From Lingula anatina (taxonomy: Eukaryota; Animalia; Brachiopoda), in the NCBI GenBank assembly GCA_051362555.1, contig CM120643.1, positions 2,356,001-2,420,000 on the forward strand: DNA of 64,000 nucleotides, in the 5' to 3' direction. Within the stretch, counting starts at the first letter, position 1. Each line of letters opens with the position of its first letter. The position numbers were made by a program, and so were the translations under genes. This document shows, piece after piece, positions 59,287 through 64,000 of the stretch. The notes beneath the pieces were generated by a model. It was not told the origin of the DNA. It was given only the letters and a program-made list of their open reading frames with translations, and did no database searches.

Positions 59287-61678
59287 CAGCCACGAACAAG
59301 ATAACTAAATCCGTTTTCAGAAATGTAATAAACGTCAGCCAGTTAAAGGTTGAGTCAAGGAGGTGTCAGGCGTCACCATCTTCTTAACTTAACGAAATAT
59401 ACCAACACGTTGCATATCAATATAAAGCTTATTTTAACAGTTATTTATTGTATATCATTATCCTATATAACGCTTGTTCCTTATAATGCATGTTTACGTC
59501 ATCAAGGTCAAAATCGTGTTTTTGTGAAGGTTACATTAATAACTTTCACTTTTAGGAAGTATTTCCTCTTGATTTTTTATGCATGTAACTTATTTGCTCT
59601 TCTTGTTTGTTAATATATTCTAAGACAATCTCAGCTTAATCACTGGGTGATCAGCTAAATATAAGCGATTTATCTGAGTGTACTCTAGCCATTATCACTT
59701 TAGAAATAGAGCCTAGACTATTTTTGATTGTTTTTTTAAAATTATTTTAAGTACTCGAATTTATTGTGCTATAGTAATACACGTAATAACCGAACTCAAC
59801 CTCTTGAATTTAATAATAGAAGGTTTACTTTGATACTACATTTGTACCTTAACCACGGATAAAGGAATAGCCAATGTAAAAAACGTGCATATATCATATC
59901 AGAAACATTAGCAGTCTGCGCACCAATCTAGCACCCCATTTCCATAGATTTTTATATCGATCTATCCCTGTGGGGAGTATCACTAGATTACTGTCAGCTT
60001 GGCCGGCTTAAGCGTCTGTCCCGCCTACTAAAAGCTGTAAGGGGGTAATTAACTATGGTGTCCGCTCGGCTGACTGCAATTTAGCGTGAACCCCCAGGGA
60101 GTTAGGTCGATGTAAATTTTAATCTTTAGATCGATGTAAATCTCTGGGAAAGCACCCTTATGCCGCCGCCACATGTCATCCATGCCTTAGTAACTTCAAG
60201 GCTTGAATGCTGCAGCCTCTTGCTCTATGGTCGCAGCTTAGTAAGAACAGAGCAACCCCAACACATCCAAAATATTTCAGCTCGACTCCTTACTCGGAAT
60301 TCTTTAGGCAATCACAACACACCGATTTAAAAAGAAATTTACTGTCTACATGAACCTGTAAATGCAGGTCCGTAGCCAGAGGGGAGGTTTGGGGGTTTGA
60401 AAGAACACCTCTTTTGTCGGAAAAAAGGTCCCCTCTTGGTAAAATTTTACCTGGGTACACAAAGGTTTCATGGTAAAAAGTCCGCTTTTTCAGAAAACGA
60501 ACCCCCTTTTGAAATTGCTGTCTACGGAACTGAAGTGGGTGGGTTTATTCCAAATTTTTAATATAGCTACTCGAGTTCCCTGTTCACCTGTATAAGCCAA
60601 CACTACTATGATGACTATAACGTAGAACCGTCACGTTCACGCGAAATGTGATTTTCTTCTTATAATGCATACAATAAGTATTTCAAAAGAAATACAAAGG
60701 CATTTTATTTTATTTTATTATATTTTATTTTATTTATTATTTTTTTTTTTAAAGGACGCCGAAATTGAGTTTGCACGACCACATGACCTGGAGCGTCATA
60801 GACGACCTTTGGTGAACAATAAAAGGGAATTAAAGCATTTTAATGGGAGGTTTTTAGAGTATTGCTAACGAAGGCTACTGTTGACAACATCAAGAAAAAA
60901 ATAACTGTTCTTTACACTTGTTGCTTTTTTATGTTTAATATTGTCAAATCAATTGAATAAGAACAAAGAATAAAAAAGAAATATCCAGGAAGTTGATGCT
61001 TATTTGGTTTACAGGGTGATGTTAAAGGGATAATAACTCTTCATTTTGGCCAAAAAATGAATTTCCCTGGAGATAAACAACAATTTTCCCATACTTACCA
61101 ACGGTTAATGAATCCATTTTACATTCAAAGATAGTCCCTTTTTTTCTCTAAAAAGTTTTTTTTTTGTTATAATTTCTTAAGAGATTATAACATAGTATAG
61201 CTATCAATGCAGGTCACGTGGTCTAAAGACAAGCTCAGATATCAGAATAATAGCTATAACTGCCGTTTTTGTGTTAAACAGAATATATTATATTTCTATG
61301 AGTTGTTCACAATTTTTTATTGTGAAATATATATCTCATACGAAGAGTAATTGTCCCTTTGGAGTCACCGTTATTTCTCCAACGCTCAGTATAATCATTC
61401 ACGAACATTACATCGGAATAAGGTCTCTCAGTGACCTTGACACGGGATGACATTTTATTGTCAATTTAAAATGTTATAAGGATAATTTAGCTGTCTCCAT
61501 GATTGCGCACACACGTGCACATACACGCACACAGTCATGAAGACTTTGATGTGCACGCCACTGCTGTGCCTCGAATTTACACCCACTAGCCTTTCCCGCC
61601 TCTTTCGCGCTTGTAATACCCCTCCCACGCTCTCTCCTTCTATATCTTCCAAACGCACACTTTTTCTCTCTTGCACAC

Positions 61679-61681
<3 letters not shown>

Positions 61682-61716
<35 letters not shown>

Positions 61717-61735
61717 TTCCCCCCTCCCCCTCCCC

Positions 61736-61796
<61 letters not shown>
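61682..61796. repeat. (CT)n microsatellite
   Basis: Two long CT runs separated by a C-rich spacer. Confidence 0.95.
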
Positions 61797-61798
<2 letters not shown>

Positions 61799-62638
61799 AC
61801 AACTCCGCTAAATGTATCCGAAAACAGCACTTAAAGCATACACCACGCAGCGTTCAGGCTCCTAAATTAAGAACAAATAAATAGCATATTTCCACGTGCT
61901 GTGCTATTAAGCTATCTATCGTCATGTGTAACGCATTTTCTCGCTTGTAAGCAACAAATACACAAAATAGGAAAGGCATGGACACTGCATGTCTCGTTAA
62001 GGAAGTCTACCGTATTTCTTTGGGACCTTCCGCGTTTCAGTGAGGCGACCCATTAGACGAGCTCGGGGTTATTTTAAGGGGCTTCCTTTTCTCTGTATTA
62101 ACCTGGGAAAGTGGTGACAGGCTGTGAATTGGATCAACCTGTGATTCTAGTGGCTATGAATTATTCAACAGCAGCTTCGGCTGTTAGTCATGTAGGAAGA
62201 AAATCTATGTCGATTTTATTGCCCTCCACAGAGCTCAACGCAATGTTACTCCGCTGACTTGTATGGGCGGAAAACATTTCGACGACATTAAAAGATATAA
62301 ATATCAACATAAAGCAACAAGGCGATCCGTGACATTTCTTGCTGTAATACACATCACTCCAGTGTGCTATGATAAGATTAGATGGTAGTACCCATAATTC
62401 AAGACGACTGAAGAAGCTTTAAGACTGGCCGATGCTTTTTTTTTTAAATACCTTCATTCTACACGTGAATTCACTATATAAAGGACCTTTTATTGCCATT
62501 GTCATCTTTCTTTGTCAAATATCATTTACATGCCTGGTATAAATGCACCAATTTTGTGCACGCAAATGTGGTAAGGCGAGCTGTGTCATGTGCAGCTGCT
62601 TGTCGACGAGGTTACTATGGGAAGATGGGGCTCTGCAG

Positions 62639-62664
62639 CCTATTTAGGCTATAACCATATAAGG
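62639..62664 (+). promoter_or_regulatory. Tandem CArG boxes (SRF sites) upstream of actin
   Basis: CCTATTTAGG (62639-62648) and CCATATAAGG (62655-62664) match CC(A/T)6GG, 150-175 nt before the ATG. Confidence 0.75.
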
Positions 62665-62798
62665 CAATGAAGAAAGCTGCCTTTCTGGGCGTGACAGGCT
62701 ATTTCAATAAGCAGGCCACTGGCATCCTCACTATTTGCAACCGATCCCTACTGTACAGAGGTGCTTTTTAAGCTTCAGTTATTTTTTAACTCCGATAA

Positions 62799-62993
<195 letters not shown>

Positions 62994-63178
62994 TAAGTAT
63001 AACGGTGAGAGCCACCTGTGCTATGTAAAAAATTGGCCGGCCACGTTGTGTATTATCATCATGGTTGCAGACAGAGTAGATAGTTTTAGAAAACATTTAT
63101 CTTTATAAATAATGATTAAGTAGGAATTCGGCCTAAAGAAAGAACGATTCAATAATAATAATAATAATAATAATAATA

Positions 63179-63211
<33 letters not shown>

Positions 63212-63968
63212 GACCTTTTAATCCAAGATCTATCAACCTGTATTAATACTAGCAATCAAATAAGATTCAACATTCTTCATCATAACATTCTTCATCAAAC
63301 ACTGAATATATCGGTCCTTGAATGGCTACCTCACTAGATTAATAAGGATGACTAGTCACTCGATTATGAATTATGAATCACAGCATATACATTAATTAAT
63401 ATATTACTGCATATGAATTAAGTGAAATCGTCTGCAGATGCTGACATTTACTGACAGAAATGAAGCATTATTAACGGCAACTATACCATTGAAATAGTCA
63501 TTACACTCAGTATGATCAACTACAATAACTGCTACCTGGGTATATTTATTAATAGATATTAACAGATTCATTGATGGTTTCCAGTATCAACAAGGCGGTG
63601 CAAATCGACAACGCCCCCTTTTTAGTCAGGCCCCGCCTTCCACAGCTTTGCCGGGGGGGAGGCCCCGCCTTCCACAGCTTTGCCGGGGGGGGGGGGGGGG
63701 GGGGGGGGGGGGCGGAGGGGGGGGAGGGGGGTCGTTTGCTCAGTAAACTGTTTGTTGTTGTGGAGATTTGAATACACAAGAGGCACATACTATCGAATGT
63801 AACAGAGTGACGGGAAATATTTATTGAGACGTGCCTTGATATAAAATGTCATCCAATTTATAGAGACTTAAACTGAGAAAATAGTTCAAATCACACGCAT
63901 TGTGCCACTCGCTGCTTTTATTGCACGTTTGTGTAATAGATAATAGAAATCCTCTCTTTCTCTCTGTC

Positions 63969-63999
<31 letters not shown>

Positions 64000-64000
64000 C

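Noticed and set aside
61090-61110. ATACTTACC, the U1 snRNA 5' end motif (complement at ~48771, ~52135)
   Set aside because: Only 9 nt match; part of a repeated MITE, with no U1 body or Sm site.
61461-61884. ER-repeat and SL-repeat ORFs
   Set aside because: Translations of the (CT)n microsatellite.
63549-63788. Poly-Pro and poly-Gly ORFs
   Set aside because: G homopolymer within the actin intron.

Overview
AT-rich, intron- and transposon-rich animal genomic DNA, probably a marine invertebrate (inference from the gene families). A 20-coding-exon MTBP (Mdm2-binding protein) gene lies on the - strand at 213-35277. Its intron 8 is a 24.3-kb U12-type (minor spliceosome) intron. That intron contains, on the opposite strand, a tandem cluster of three intronless RING/B-box/coiled-coil/NHL TRIM genes (one intact, one with a C-terminal frameshift, one pseudogene) plus a multi-level nest of transposons (L1/Tx1 > EnSpm-like > P-like > hAT-like > MITE). 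An intronless aldo-keto reductase sits head-to-head with MTBP. Further right are a full-length Gypsy-type LTR retrotransposon with identical LTRs and non-canonical CG...CG termini, a two-exon peptide-type GPCR with a Cys-rich ECL2, a Toll-like receptor with a single-exon CDS, and the first coding exon of an actin gene preceded by two CArG boxes. All calls come from manual reading and recalled family motifs; no database searches were run.
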